A stretch of 62,139 nucleotides of DNA, counting the filler. It is 4 parts of 4 records of this genome, joined end to end, with 100 filler letters (N's around TTAATTAATTAA, not from the genome) between each part and the next. Parts side by side here need not be neighbours in the genome. Positions count along the whole stretch, not along the records: positions 25,083 to 40,656 come from SRR31156797_13521; positions 40,757 to 56,116 come from SRR31156797_13539; 2 more parts are not named here. One strand, 5' to 3'. Position 1 is the first letter of the stretch. Each line of letters begins with the position of its first letter. The notes under the pieces are model-generated. The model made no database searches, was not told the origin of the DNA, and worked only from the letters and a program-made list of their open reading frames with translations. This document shows positions 34,451 to 46,297 of the stretch, in pieces. The position numbers and the translations under genes were made by a program.

Positions 34451-36652
34451 TTATTCTTCTAATAAATATTGTAATTGATCAAGCATAATGGGTATGTTTT
34501 GTTCTTCAACTCCATTTTTGATTAAAACATTTTTGTCCTCATTGAATGTTTCAAAAAATTCGTTGGTGTTATTATTTAACTGAGAAATGGCTTTTTGATA
34601 ACAGTTAAGTGCTTCTTTCCTGTTGTTTTTACACCAATATACATGTCCCAGATTAATTAAATCGTGAGCTCCGGAAGAGGATACTAATAATTTTTGATAA
34701 TATTTTTCGGCCTGATCAAATTTGCCGGTTACTAATGAACACCAGGCTATGGGTCTCCAAACTTTGGTGTTGGACTGATCCAGATATTCTACTTTAAAGT
34801 AATATTTTAAAGCAGCATTGTAATCTTTTAAATCCAAGAGACAATGACCTATTGATGCTTGGGTATGCATGTCTTCCGGTTTTAATCGTTCAGCTAGTTG
34901 ATAATATTCTAAGGCTTTATCGGCTTGCTTTAAATATTTGTACATTAAAGCTATCTTTTTTGTAGTCCAGGTTTGTTCCGGCTTTAGTATATCTGCTTTA
35001 AGGTAATATTGTAAAGCTTTTTTATGTTGTTTTTGTTGTTGATAGCAGTAGCCAACTTTTTGAAGTATTTCGATATTAGCACATTCTTTTTTTGCCATCG
35101 CAAGAAAAGCTTCGCGTGCCTCATTAAAGTATGATTTTTTAAAGAAGAATTCAGCTATTTGTCTTAATTCTTCTTCTTCGGCTATAAAATGGGTAAAGAA
35201 CCATTTATTATGAAAATCCATATTCCAGGAAAAAACATCTTCAAATTGGCTGTGCTGTGGATGCAGTTTATAAAAACGATATAAATCCTGAATGTATCGA
35301 TTAGAGATAATCGATTTCTTTTTACTGCCGTCTATTAAGCTTTCATCTTTTTCTATTTCATCCATTTGTTCCATTTGCTGTTGAAACATATTTCCCATCA
35401 TGTCTTTTTGAAACTGAGGCATATGCGGAATGCTAAGGAATAGTGAATATTTGTCAGAATTACATAGAAAACCAGAATTGGCCAGACTTTCGATAATGCT
35501 TTTAGATGAAAAGATATTCTCCTCGTTTTTTAATTCTGCATTTAGTTCCTCATTTTCCAGATAAAATGGCAATAACCAATTGTACATGGTATTAAAAAAC
35601 GGAAAATGTTTAAGCATTTTAAATGTATTTAAAAATACATCGGAACCTTCCATTTGCAACTCTGTAAGCTCTTCCAGTTTACTCATTAATTCTGGTGAGT
35701 CTTTAAAAAAGTCTTCCCATTCAGGGTTTTCACCTTCATTAAACTTTTCACTAATCATGTTTTCCAAATCAAGCTTGTTTCTCAGGTTTGGTTGCATTTT
35801 AACAACTTCAGGAATAATTTCATCCATCAATTTTTGCGAAATCTTCTCGGTTTCACGAGTTCTGATTAGTTGTATGCAAATGATTAATAAGTTTGATTTT
35901 ATCTTCTCGTTTTCTTGCAATAAGCTAAGTCTCGAAAGTAATCCGGAATATAGTTTAATTCTATTATCGTATTTATATAAAATTAAAAGAAGGCCTGTTA
36001 AAGCTCTTTGTAAAACCTTATCGTTTGTTTGATCAAGAATGTCAAAAAGAATGGAAAGCTTTTGTACATCAAATTCTTTTAAACACCCAATGGTTATGGC
36101 TGAAACAAAAATACTTTGATAACTATAGTGAATACTATTTGAGTTAAGTAACTGTTTAATCAGCTCAATTTCATTCTCATTAAAATTTTTTAATACCCAA
36201 AGTGAATTAAATACATTTTCGATGATTTCTTTTTGCGAAGTAATCTGGATTCCGGCTTCTTTTCCGATTTCATTCTTTTTCATTTCGGCCATGAAATGCT
36301 CTAAAAAATCTATGAGATTGATATTTTGTGTTTTTAAAGTTCTTCGGGTTTCATAAAAGGCAGCACTGGATTTATTTTCCAGTATTTCAGAAAAAAGTTG
36401 ATCAGATAAATGATAACAGGATGCAAGTATGTTATTATATACTTTTTGTTGTTCAGGATCGCTAACTCCTTCAACGGTATACTTTAGCATACTTTTATAA
36501 GTGAACTCTAAATTGTAATGTTCATCAATCAGGTTACCTCCATGGTATGATTTGGTTAAATCTCCTAAGATGATCAATGCATCTTTTACTCTTTTCTCGC
36601 TTAAAGCAGCTTCAATTTTGGCTTGATATGATTGTATATCTGATATGTTCAT
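34451..36652 (-). CDS. tetratricopeptide repeat protein
   Basis: Several C-terminal TPRs; N-terminal helical domain with CNSDKYS and YIQDLYRFYKL. Confidence 0.88.
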   Translation of the reverse strand: MNISDIQSYQAKIEAALSEKRVKDALIILGDLTKSYHGGNLIDEHYNLEFTYKSMLKYTVEGVSDPEQQKVYNNILASCYHLSDQLFSEILENKSSAAFYETRRTLKTQNINLIDFLEHFMAEMKKNEIGKEAGIQITSQKEIIENVFNSLWVLKNFNENEIELIKQLLNSNSIHYSYQSIFVSAITIGCLKEFDVQKLSILFDILDQTNDKVLQRALTGLLLILYKYDNRIKLYSGLLSRLSLLQENEKIKSNLLIICIQLIRTRETEKISQKLMDEIIPEVVKMQPNLRNKLDLENMISEKFNEGENPEWEDFFKDSPELMSKLEELTELQMEGSDVFLNTFKMLKHFPFFNTMYNWLLPFYLENEELNAELKNEENIFSSKSIIESLANSGFLCNSDKYSLFLSIPHMPQFQKDMMGNMFQQQMEQMDEIEKDESLIDGSKKKSIISNRYIQDLYRFYKLHPQHSQFEDVFSWNMDFHNKWFFTHFIAEEEELRQIAEFFFKKSYFNEAREAFLAMAKKECANIEILQKVGYCYQQQKQHKKALQYYLKADILKPEQTWTTKKIALMYKYLKQADKALEYYQLAERLKPEDMHTQASIGHCLLDLKDYNAALKYYFKVEYLDQSNTKVWRPIAWCSLVTGKFDQAEKYYQKLLVSSSGAHDLINLGHVYWCKNNRKEALNCYQKAISQLNNNTNEFFETFNEDKNVLIKNGVEEQNIPIMLDQLQYLLEE

Positions 36653-36827
36653 GCAACTTATTTTCTAGTGGAAAAACAAAGTTAAGGATAATCTAAATTA
36701 TTCGTAAAAATTACATGGCGAATATATATTTAATGATGATTTAATGGAATGCATTTGTTATGTTTTCAATTGACTCATTTTTGCAGAATTGTAGTATTTG
36801 ATTATTTTGCTTTTTTAAATCTATACA

Positions 36828-39725
36828 ATGCAAGTCAAAATCTCTACAATTTTTATTACGATATATACGGCAATTTCATTCGTTGCTAGCGGACAAATTC
36901 AAAAAGTAGGAATTCCCGAATTAGAATATTTTAACAGGCGCCAATATGGTGCAGCTACTCAAAACTGGGAAATATCGCAAAGCAAATACGGTTTTATGTA
37001 TTTTGCAAATAATGATGGTGTTTTGGAGTATGATGGTGAGCAATGGAGATTATTGGAAGAGGTGAATAATCATATTGTAAGATCAGTGCAGTGTATTGAC
37101 GATCGTATTTACGTGGGAACCTATAATGAATTAGGCTATTTTGAATATGATTCGATACAACATTTAAAATACAACACATTAGCCGTTCGCCCTGAACTCA
37201 AGAGTTTTGGTGATTACTGGGATATATATAATTGGAATGGTTATGTTGTATTTCGGTCTCAGTTAGGAATTTGTCTTTTTAAAAACGATAAACTTATTAA
37301 GATTATCGAGGCTCCGTCTAGCTTTATGTCTTCTTTTGTGGTAAATGGCTTACTGCTGGTTCAAGATGAGCAAAGTGGGCTTATGGAGTTAAGGGGAGAA
37401 GATGTATATCCTATTGCTGGAGGCCAGTTGTTCAACAAAAAAGAAATTGCTTCTATTGTCTCTTCATCCAATAACGAAATAATAATTGGTACAATTAAGA
37501 ATGGATTGTATAAATGGAATATGAAGGAAATTATTCCCTGGAATGTACCAGCTTCTTCGTTACTGAAAAAAGTGAATGTATTTTGTGGAATAAGCTATTT
37601 GAATGAATATATGGTTTTTGGAACTATACAAGGAGGTGCAGTTATTGTTAGTGAAGATGGCAATGTGTTTATGCAAATTGATAAAGATAAGGGCATGGTA
37701 AATAATACTGTTTTAAGTGTTGGAGCAGATAAAGAAGGGAACGTATGGTGTGGATTGGATAATGGAATTGTCCGAATTGGATTAAATAAAAGTATCACCT
37801 TTCTACAAGGATATTATAATATAGGAACCGGATATGCAGTTACAACGTTTAATGGCGACTATTACTTAGGAACGAATCAGGCATTGTTTAAAATTCCAGA
37901 AAAAAAGTTTCATGATCCGCTTAAAACAAGAGATGATTTTATACGAATTGAAGGTTCTGATGGTCAAATTTGGTCTTTGTATGACGATGGAGAAACTTTA
38001 CTCTGTGGACATAACTTTGGTGCATTTGAGGTTGTTAATAGTAAGTTGAAACAAATTACACCAGAAAATATCAATGGTGTGTGGAACTTTAAAAAGGTGC
38101 CAGGTCGCGATGACTTATTAATATCAGGAACTTATAGAGGTTTGTGTGTTTTTAAGAAAACGAATCAAGGATGGCGATTTATACATAAGGTTGATGGTTT
38201 TGAAGAATCTTCACGATATATGGAATGGGATCAGAATAATAATTTGTGGGTTTCCCATGGTTATCAAGGATTATTCCGATTGCATTTTAATAATTCTTTT
38301 ACGGCAGTTACCAAAACAGATGTGTTTCATGATGAAGACTTACCCGGAAATACATCCAGGTTAGTACTTTCTAAGATCGATGATAAATGTGTGTTTTGCA
38401 GTAAGGATGGGATTTATATGATTGCAGACGATACGGCATCGGTTTTTAAAGTGTACCACGAGTTAGATTTTTTCTTCAAAAAGGGATTATATCCTAACTA
38501 TATAAAGCAAGATCCTTTTAGGAATGTATGGTTATTTGATGGAAATGGAGTGCAGGTTCTTCGATATCTTGAGGATGGAACTTACAAAAAGATTACTTAC
38601 CCTTTTTTACCACTAGAAAGAAAACTAGTTAATGGCTTTGAGTATGTATATACGAAAGATGATGAAAATGTAATTTTTGGAATTGAAGATGGTTTTGCTC
38701 ATTATTATTCCAAGGATGTAAAGAACTATCAAATTCCTTTTGATGTACATATTCGTTCATTTAAATCCAGAAATGATAGTATTTCATATGTTGTAAATTT
38801 TGGGGTGCCGCAAAAGATAACTCCCAAATATAAATTTAAAGATAATACATTTGATATTCAGTTTTCTGCCTCATTTATGGATCAGGGTGGTGTAGAATAC
38901 TTAACCAGTTTAATGGGAGAGGGGCAATTATTTACAGATTGGAGCGAGAATGCACAACAAACCTTGTCTAATCTTAGAGAGGGTGATTATGTTTTTGAGG
39001 TAAGAGCAAGAAATAAATATTGGATTGAGGCAGAACCTGTATCTTTTAAATTTACGGTTATGGCACCCTGGTATCGGTCAATTTATGCAAGAGTAACATA
39101 TCTTTTAACCTTGGTGCTGATTGTGCTATTTCTGGTATATTTTATTAATAGAAAGCTAGAACTCAGTAAACAAAAGGAAGTGTTGAAGAAGGAGGAAGCC
39201 TTTAAAGTAATGGAAGAAAAGCTTAAGAATGAAGCTTTGGAATCAGAAAAGGAGATGATTAAAATGCGTAATGACAAATTACGCAGCGATATGGTTTATA
39301 AGGAAAAAGAGTTAGCTAATTCTACTATACATCTTATCCAGAAAAATGATTTATTATCAGATATTAAAAAACAGTTAGTCCGAATTGTGAAAGTTGATGA
39401 TAAAACGGAGCTTGACCGTAAAGTAAAATCATTAATTAAAAAAATAGATAGAGATATTGTTGATGATAATAATTGGGAAGTGTTTGAAATGCACTTTGGT
39501 CAGGTTCACGATACTTTCTTTAATGCTTTAAAAGAGAAGCACCCAGAATTAACACTACGTGAGCAAAAATTATGTGCCTATATTAAAATGGGGATGTCAT
39601 CTAAAGATATTGCCTCATTAATGAATATTACGACCCGTGCTGTGGAAAATAATCGATACAAACTAAGACAGAAGTTGGGAATTCATTCCGGCAGAAATCT
39701 ACTTAGCTATATCTCCAGTATATAA
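36828..39725 (+). CDS. membrane-spanning regulator: beta-propeller + Y_Y_Y + TM + LuxR-type HTH
   Basis: QNW/YFANNDG propeller repeats; NLREGDYVFEVRA; APWY-TM; LTLREQKLCAYIKMGMSSKDIA...RYKLRQKL. Confidence 0.9.
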   Translation: MQVKISTIFITIYTAISFVASGQIQKVGIPELEYFNRRQYGAATQNWEISQSKYGFMYFANNDGVLEYDGEQWRLLEEVNNHIVRSVQCIDDRIYVGTYNELGYFEYDSIQHLKYNTLAVRPELKSFGDYWDIYNWNGYVVFRSQLGICLFKNDKLIKIIEAPSSFMSSFVVNGLLLVQDEQSGLMELRGEDVYPIAGGQLFNKKEIASIVSSSNNEIIIGTIKNGLYKWNMKEIIPWNVPASSLLKKVNVFCGISYLNEYMVFGTIQGGAVIVSEDGNVFMQIDKDKGMVNNTVLSVGADKEGNVWCGLDNGIVRIGLNKSITFLQGYYNIGTGYAVTTFNGDYYLGTNQALFKIPEKKFHDPLKTRDDFIRIEGSDGQIWSLYDDGETLLCGHNFGAFEVVNSKLKQITPENINGVWNFKKVPGRDDLLISGTYRGLCVFKKTNQGWRFIHKVDGFEESSRYMEWDQNNNLWVSHGYQGLFRLHFNNSFTAVTKTDVFHDEDLPGNTSRLVLSKIDDKCVFCSKDGIYMIADDTASVFKVYHELDFFFKKGLYPNYIKQDPFRNVWLFDGNGVQVLRYLEDGTYKKITYPFLPLERKLVNGFEYVYTKDDENVIFGIEDGFAHYYSKDVKNYQIPFDVHIRSFKSRNDSISYVVNFGVPQKITPKYKFKDNTFDIQFSASFMDQGGVEYLTSLMGEGQLFTDWSENAQQTLSNLREGDYVFEVRARNKYWIEAEPVSFKFTVMAPWYRSIYARVTYLLTLVLIVLFLVYFINRKLELSKQKEVLKKEEAFKVMEEKLKNEALESEKEMIKMRNDKLRSDMVYKEKELANSTIHLIQKNDLLSDIKKQLVRIVKVDDKTELDRKVKSLIKKIDRDIVDDNNWEVFEMHFGQVHDTFFNALKEKHPELTLREQKLCAYIKMGMSSKDIASLMNITTRAVENNRYKLRQKLGIHSGRNLLSYISSI

Positions 39726-39928
39726 TATTAGTAATATATCTACTCCCTAAATACCTTAATGGTAGTTTACAATTGAAAAAATTTATCTCCATGCATCTTT
39801 GCTGTAGTTAACGAATGTTAATTATATGTGAGGGAATCTTAGTTAAATTATGAGTTTGTAGAGTAGTTCTATTTGTTAGGTGTGTGAGTTTTTAAATAAT
39901 TGATAACCAGATTAAGGGTGTTTTTAAA

Positions 39929-39979
39929 GTGAGTTTTTTATGAGGTGTAGGGTGTAGTTTTGTGAGTTTTTTATGATGT
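39929..39979 (+). repeat. 18-bp direct repeat (33-bp period) upstream of susC
   Basis: GTGAGTTTTTTATGAGGT (39929) and GTGAGTTTTTTATGATGT (39962); partial copy at 39884. Confidence 0.65.
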
Positions 39980-40045
39980 AGAAAATTATAATTTGTTAAC
40001 TTTTGTAGAGTTCTTTGTTGACAGTTAATTCTAAATCAAAAAAAC

Positions 40046-40656
40046 ATGAAGAATTTATTTGGAACTTTTTTACTGTTATTGTGCTCCACATTTATATGGG
40101 CTCAAGATATTACAGTAACGGGTAAAGTAAGCTCTGCGGAAGATGGTCTACCTATTCCGGGAGTAAGTGTAGTAGTCAAAGAATCTACCACAGGGACTAT
40201 TACAAATATCGACGGTCAATTTACCATTAAAGCCGCTCAAGGTGAAATCTTGGTTTTTTCATTTATTGGGATGGAAACACAAGAGCAAATTATTACATCA
40301 GAAACAATTAATGTAGTCATGCAAAGTCAGGTTTCTGATTTAGATGAAGTGGTTGTTGTTGGTTATGGTGTTCAAAAGAAAAGTTTGGTTACAGGATCAA
40401 TCGCTAAAGTAAGCGGTGAAGAATTAACTAAAACTTCCAATGTGAGAATTGCACAGGCTATTCAAGGAAAAACAGCAGGGGTTGTTTCTGTTCCTAATTC
40501 TGGGCAACCAGGAGATGGAATATCGGTGCGAATTAGAGGTACAGGTACAAATGGAGATGCATCACCTCTTTATATAGTAGATGGTTTACCTTTAAGTGAG
40601 TCAGGTATTGATTTTTTAAATCCTGCTGATATTGAATCTTTAGAAGTTTTGAAAGA
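40046..40656 (+). CDS. susC: SusC/RagA TonB-dependent receptor (3' truncated)
   Basis: PIPGVSV, LDEVVVVGYG, RIRGTGT, PLYIVDG, LNPADIESLEVLK. Confidence 0.93.
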
Positions 40657-40756
40657 NNNNNNNNNNNNNNNNNNNNNNNNNNNNNNNNNNNNNNNNNNNN
40701 TTAATTAATTAANNNNNNNNNNNNNNNNNNNNNNNNNNNNNNNNNNNNNNNNNNNN
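40657..40756. other. artificial contig spacer
   Basis: N runs flanking TTAATTAATTAA. Confidence 0.98.
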
Positions 40757-42123
40757 ATCATTCCAGGCACATTTTCCGTCATCTTTTGAAGAATCAGGTC
40801 TCTCTCCTTAAATAAGCGTTCAGCTTTTTTTCGTTCAGTAATATCCCTTACATTGGCCAAGGTCCAATGTTGATAATTGATATTTAAAACAGACAATGCC
40901 ATTTCCACCGGAAATTCTTCTCCATTCGATTTTTTAACTGACAACTCCAATACCTTTCCCACTTGATTTTCATTGCCCATTTGATCAATTTTTTCCCAAC
41001 CACCAACCAAAACACCTCTATATCTCTCAGGCATAAGCAGTTGGTGCACGTCTTTTCCTTTCGCATATTTTGCAGAATAACCAAACATCTTTTCCGCAGC
41101 AGGATTCCAGAAAACTATAGCTCCGGAACTATTGATAATTATAATCGCATCAAGTGAACCTAACCCTATTTTTTCAAACATCTCCCGATTGTTTCTTAGC
41201 GACTCTTCGATCTCTTTTTCTTGGGTTATATCCCGCGAAATTCCGAAAGTACCAATAACCTTTCCGGTGTCGTTAATCATTGGCATTTTAGTTGTTGAAA
41301 CCCACGTTATTCGTCCATCAGGCCATGTTTCTTTTTCCTCTAAATTGATTATCGGCTGAAGCGTATTGATAATTTTCTGTTCATCGCGATAGGCACATAC
41401 AGCATGTTCTTCATCAAAAAAGTCAAAATCCGTTTTTCCTGCTACATCCTCTTTTGATTTGGCTCCAAAATTTTGAAGCATCGATTTATTTACCCTTATA
41501 AACTCACTTTTTTCATTTTTAAAATAAACGGAATCGGGTAAATTATCCATAAGCGCATTCATCAGAAACTGCTCTTCTTCAACTTTCAAATCAGCTACTT
41601 TCTTTAGTTTTTCCATCTCAATCGAATACAGAGCAAATCCCAGGTCTTCAGCCACTTCTGAAATCATTTCTCTTTCTTCATCTTCAATTTTACCTGTATT
41701 CGAAAATGAAATATTTAACACACCAAATACGATATCCTGATATATTATTGGAACTATAATTCGTGTAGTATTCTCACATTTCTCAGGAAGTTTACATTCT
41801 GAACAAAAATCTTTATTACCAGAAACTGTTAAAAGTTGTTTGGTATCAAGAACAATACGATTACAAGGGGTGTAATCACATTTAAAGAGCAGCCCTCGAA
41901 GTGCACTGAATTTCTCACTTAATCCGGCTTCAGCCACATTCAAACACTTTTCTTGCCTATCCATAAGAAATATCCAGGCACTTTCGTACTCTCTTGATTC
42001 GACTAAACTATGGCAAACCTTTTTGATTAAATTGCTTGCATTTTTTTCTTTAACAATTATTCGGTTTATGTTGCGAATGGCTGTTAAAACCTTCACAAGA
42101 TGTTCAGGTTGATTTGTTACCAT
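40757..42123 (-). CDS. GAF-PAS-PAS sensor protein, probably a histidine kinase (3' truncated)
   Basis: N-terminal GAF; PAS LMDNLPDSVYFK...GISRDIT; second PAS WNPAAEKMFGY...VRDITERK. Confidence 0.85.
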
Positions 42124-42389
42124 TGGTTTATTTGTTTGTTCGTTATTAACATCTTTATCAAACTTTGTTATACCCAGAAAAATTACTTTTGAACAGAGTT
42201 TTAATCAAGATCATAGGTGCCTATACCAAAGATAAGAAAAACATCTATTAATATTACTACCAGGAATTAAGGCTGTTGAACACAAAAAAAATACCGGGGC
42301 CAATACAAATCTGCTGTAAAACTGAATAAAAATATTTTATAACCCTCATCTTTTATGTAAATTGAAGCTTAAACAAAAAACTTACTACC

Positions 42390-44669
42390 ATGCCTAAAAT
42401 TCGAAGAATTGATGCTCTTAATTACCACAAAAAAGATCGTCCTGGAAAAATAGAAGTGATTCCAACCAAACCGCACAATACGCAATACGATCTATCGCTG
42501 GCCTATACTCCCGGTGTTGCTCAACCTTGTCTTGAAATAGAAAAAGACGTAGACAATGTTTACAAATACACGTCAAAAGGTAACTTGGTTGCCGTAATTT
42601 CAAACGGTACAGCTGTGCTTGGATTGGGTGATATTGGTCCGGAAGCTGGAAAACCGGTAATGGAAGGAAAAGGATTATTGTTTAAAATTTTCGCTGATGT
42701 TGATGTCTTTGATATTGAAGTTGCAGAAAAAGATCCCCAAAAGCTTGTTGAAGTAGTTAAAGCCATTGCTCCAACTTTTGGAGGAATAAACCTGGAAGAC
42801 ATAAAAGCACCAGAATGTTTCGAAATTGAGGAGACCTTAAAAAAAGAACTGGATATCCCGGTATTCCACGACGACCAACATGGCACAGCAATTATCTCGG
42901 CTGCAGCCTTATTAAATGCGCTTGAACTAAATAAAAAGCGGATCGACAATATACAAGTTGTAGTTAATGGGGCTGGAGCTTCGGCTGTTTCTTGTGCAAG
43001 ATTGTATTTAACCATGGGGGTTAAACCCGAAAATATGGTTATGATCGATAGTAAGGGTGTATTAAATAAAGAAAGAACAGATTTAAATCCGATTAAACAG
43101 CAATTTGTAACAGCCCGAAAAATAAATACCCTTGAAGAAGCAATGAAAAATTCAGATGTATTTCTTGGTTTATCTGTTGCCGATGTTGTAAGTAAAAAAA
43201 TGATTAAGTCGATGGCTAAAAATCCGATTGTTTTCGCTATGGCTAATCCTAATCCTGAAATATCTTATGATGATGCCGTGGCTGCAAGGAATGATATTAT
43301 TATGGCCACCGGAAGAAGCGATTATCCCAACCAGATAAATAATGTTCTGGGTTTCCCATTTATCTTCCGTGGAGCTTTGGATGTTAGGGCTACTACAATT
43401 AATGAAGAAATGAAGATTGCTGCGGCAAAAGCTTTGGCTAAACTGGCAAAAGAATATGTTCCGGAAATGGTGGCCAAAGCCTACAACCTGAAAAACATCG
43501 TATTTGGAAAGGACTATATTATTCCCAAACCTCTCGATCCTCGTTTAATAACAAAGATTTCATCGGCTGTTGCGCATGCTGCAATGGAAACCGGAGTTGC
43601 CCGTAAACCAATAAAAAGTTGGGCTGCCTACGAACGCGAACTTACCGATCGGCTGGGTATCGATAACAAACTTATTATGGCAATACGAACAAAGGCCAAA
43701 CATAATCCAAAACGTATTGTATTTGCCGAAGCCAATAGTTTCAGAATACTTAAAGCTGTTCAATTTGTAATTCGTGAAGGTATTGCCCAACCTATTCTTC
43801 TTGGAAATGAAGAAAAAATCAGAGCTCTGATTAAAGATAATCAATTGGATATTGATAATGTGCCAATTATAGACCTGTACGAATCTGTAAGCGATGAGAA
43901 ACGACATAAGTTTGCCAAAATCCTTTACGAAAAAAGAAAACGAAAAGGAATGACCTATAATGAGGCAGTAGAAAAAATGTATAATCGCGATTATTATGGA
44001 TCAATGATGGTTGAAACCGGTGAGGCAGATGCCTTTATATCCGGATTTTCCAGAAACTATTCTTCAACCATCCGTCCGGCCTTGCAGGTTGTTGGTGTAA
44101 AAAAAGATTTTAACCACATTGCCGGCATGTACATTCTTTTATCAAAAAAAGGATCATTATTCCTTGCCGATACTACAGTGAATATGAATCCTTCTGCACA
44201 AACACTTGCAGATACTACTGAATTAACTGCTGCCGAGGTTCGTAAGTTTAATATTGAACCACGTATTGCCCTGTTATCGTATTCAAATTTTGGAGCTTAT
44301 AAAGGAGAAGGAAGCCCTATTAAAGTTAAAGAAGCTGTTGAAATATTACACAAAAAATTTCCGGATTTGTTGGTTGACGGAGAAATGCAGGCTAATTACG
44401 CCCTAAACGGAAAGTTACGTTATTCGAGATACCCGTTTAATAAATTGGGCGACCAGGACGCCAATACACTTATTTTTCCTAACCTGAGCTCGGGAAACAT
44501 TACTTATAAGGTTTTACAAGCCCTTGGACCTTCGGAAGCCATAGGCCCAATCCTGATGGGAATGAATAAACCAATACATATTTTACAACGTGATAGTACC
44601 GTACGCGAGATAATTAATATGACTGCAATAGCAGTAATCGATGCACAAGCAAATTCACTCGACGATTAA
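42390..44669 (+). CDS. maeB: NADP-dependent malic enzyme with PTA-like C-terminal domain
   Basis: LSLAYTPGVA, KPVMEGK, FHDDQHGTA, RSDYPNQINN; PTA domain DGEMQAN, GPILMG. Confidence 0.97.
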   Translation: MPKIRRIDALNYHKKDRPGKIEVIPTKPHNTQYDLSLAYTPGVAQPCLEIEKDVDNVYKYTSKGNLVAVISNGTAVLGLGDIGPEAGKPVMEGKGLLFKIFADVDVFDIEVAEKDPQKLVEVVKAIAPTFGGINLEDIKAPECFEIEETLKKELDIPVFHDDQHGTAIISAAALLNALELNKKRIDNIQVVVNGAGASAVSCARLYLTMGVKPENMVMIDSKGVLNKERTDLNPIKQQFVTARKINTLEEAMKNSDVFLGLSVADVVSKKMIKSMAKNPIVFAMANPNPEISYDDAVAARNDIIMATGRSDYPNQINNVLGFPFIFRGALDVRATTINEEMKIAAAKALAKLAKEYVPEMVAKAYNLKNIVFGKDYIIPKPLDPRLITKISSAVAHAAMETGVARKPIKSWAAYERELTDRLGIDNKLIMAIRTKAKHNPKRIVFAEANSFRILKAVQFVIREGIAQPILLGNEEKIRALIKDNQLDIDNVPIIDLYESVSDEKRHKFAKILYEKRKRKGMTYNEAVEKMYNRDYYGSMMVETGEADAFISGFSRNYSSTIRPALQVVGVKKDFNHIAGMYILLSKKGSLFLADTTVNMNPSAQTLADTTELTAAEVRKFNIEPRIALLSYSNFGAYKGEGSPIKVKEAVEILHKKFPDLLVDGEMQANYALNGKLRYSRYPFNKLGDQDANTLIFPNLSSGNITYKVLQALGPSEAIGPILMGMNKPIHILQRDSTVREIINMTAIAVIDAQANSLDD

Positions 44670-44685
44670 CAGGTAATTCAAAATA

Positions 44686-44730
44686 AAAGAGGCTGTTTTC
44701 TGTTTTTAAAATCAGAGAAACGGCCTCTTT
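44686..44730. terminator. bidirectional intrinsic terminator
   Basis: AAAGAGGCTGTTTTCTG...CAGAGAAACGGCCTCTTT between convergent genes. Confidence 0.8.
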
Positions 44731-44744
44731 ATAACTTACTATTA

Positions 44745-45383
44745 TCAGAATCCAACTCCAATCCCAATACTGTAATAAGGTTCCCAATCTTTATATGGCG
44801 AATTATCATGATTTAGCACATCAAACAAAACCTGGGCATTTAGCCATACATTCTTTGCAATCGGTTGGCTATATCCTCCTCCGACAAAAAACATCGGAGC
44901 TGTTTTTCGATCTTCTCTCCCATCATCATAAAACCATTTATAGCTCATTAATGAAAACTCAGTATGTGCATACAAACGTTGCGAGACCCGTAACCGGTTA
45001 AAGATGCTTATCCCATAATTTGATCCATTCTGATCATTAACGTATCTGCTATCGTTAATATATTCATAGGTAAGTTGAGCCCCCATGGAAAATTTTGGAG
45101 TTATTTTATAAGCAACCATCGGAGCAGCACCAATAACACTATAATTTTTCCCAAAATTCATGGTCATGTAACCGCCAAAATAAATCCGGCTTTTATCTAA
45201 CTTCACTTTAGATTTTTCAGGTGTTTTTGCTTTGGTATTTGTCTTTTGCGATTCACTCTCATCCTGAACAATAACAACAACAGTATCACGGGCCGGAACA
45301 GCTATATCAACAGTATCATTTACTTGTGCGTAACTAAATAAACTTGTAACGAACAGAATAGCCGTAAGGGTAAATAATTTCAT
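44745..45383 (-). CDS. outer-membrane beta-barrel protein
   Basis: Signal peptide from ATG 45383; amphipathic strands; C-terminal YSIGIGVGF. Confidence 0.75.
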   Translation of the reverse strand: MKLFTLTAILFVTSLFSYAQVNDTVDIAVPARDTVVVIVQDESESQKTNTKAKTPEKSKVKLDKSRIYFGGYMTMNFGKNYSVIGAAPMVAYKITPKFSMGAQLTYEYINDSRYVNDQNGSNYGISIFNRLRVSQRLYAHTEFSLMSYKWFYDDGREDRKTAPMFFVGGGYSQPIAKNVWLNAQVLFDVLNHDNSPYKDWEPYYSIGIGVGF

Positions 45384-45528
45384 TTGTCTGTGGTTTAAAA
45401 TTTGCACCAATATACATAAAATTAGCTGTAGAACTAAACCAAATAGCAGATGAAAACACATGTAATGAAATTTATTTTTTGATCTTTTAAACTACAAGAA
45501 TATAAATTCAACACTATTTTTGTATTCT

Positions 45529-46155
45529 ATGAACATTGAAAGATATCCATCGCGACTCCTGGAGAATGCGGTAAACGAATTCTCTAAACTTCCCGGAATA
45601 GGAAGAAAAAGTGCTTTGCGTTTAGTTTTACACTTGTTACGCCAAAACAAAGAAGATGTTAATGTATTTGGGAATAGCCTTATTGAGCTGCGTAACGAAA
45701 TAAAACACTGTAAGGTATGTCATAATATTTCGGACACCGAAACTTGTCAGATATGTGCTAATCCAGTCCGAAATAACAGTATTATTTGTGTGGTTGAGAA
45801 TATACGCGATGTAATGTCGGTTGAAAATACACATCAGTTTAATGGTTTATACCACGTTCTTGGTGGGATTATTTCTCCAATGGATGGTATCGGGCCATCG
45901 GAATTGGAAATAGACTCTCTAATTAAAAGGGTTGAATCGGGAGAGGTAGCAGAGGTTATATTGGCACTTTCAACAACCATGGAAGGAGATACTACCAATT
46001 TCTATATATTTCGAAAACTAAAAGAATATAATGTTAAAATATCGACCCTGGCCAGAGGTGTTTCAATAGGTGATGAACTGGAGTACACCGATGAAATTAC
46101 CCTTGGACGCTCGTTAATGAACCGGGTTCCATTTGAAAGTTCACTGAGAAAATAA
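45529..46155 (+). CDS. recR: recombination protein RecR
   Basis: [10 protein letters not shown]4 zinc finger, YHVLGG, Toprim EVILALS, GDELEY. Confidence 0.97.
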   Translation: MNIERYPSRLLENAVNEFSKLPGIGRKSALRLVLHLLRQNKEDVNVFGNSLIELRNEIKHCKVCHNISDTETCQICANPVRNNSIICVVENIRDVMSVENTHQFNGLYHVLGGIISPMDGIGPSELEIDSLIKRVESGEVAEVILALSTTMEGDTTNFYIFRKLKEYNVKISTLARGVSIGDELEYTDEITLGRSLMNRVPFESSLRK

Positions 46156-46297
46156 AGATCTACATCAGAAACTACAAATCTTTTCGTTCTAAAAAGGAAA
46201 CACTACATTTGAGCTATAAAACTAAAAAGCATTTACATAAAATGGATTCGGAAAGTCCTCTTAGGTCTTCCTAATTTCGGTATTCGGTTTTCGTTAC

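Noticed and set aside
35580-36032. 150-aa + strand ORF, plus other antisense ORFs such as 42560..43015 and 11431..11784
   Set aside because: Fully antisense to conserved genes; Ser/Ile/Phe-rich composition typical of shadow frames.
39850-39981. Repeats upstream of susC as a mini CRISPR array
   Set aside because: Only two full 18-bp copies with a 15-bp gap, not palindromic, and no cas genes.
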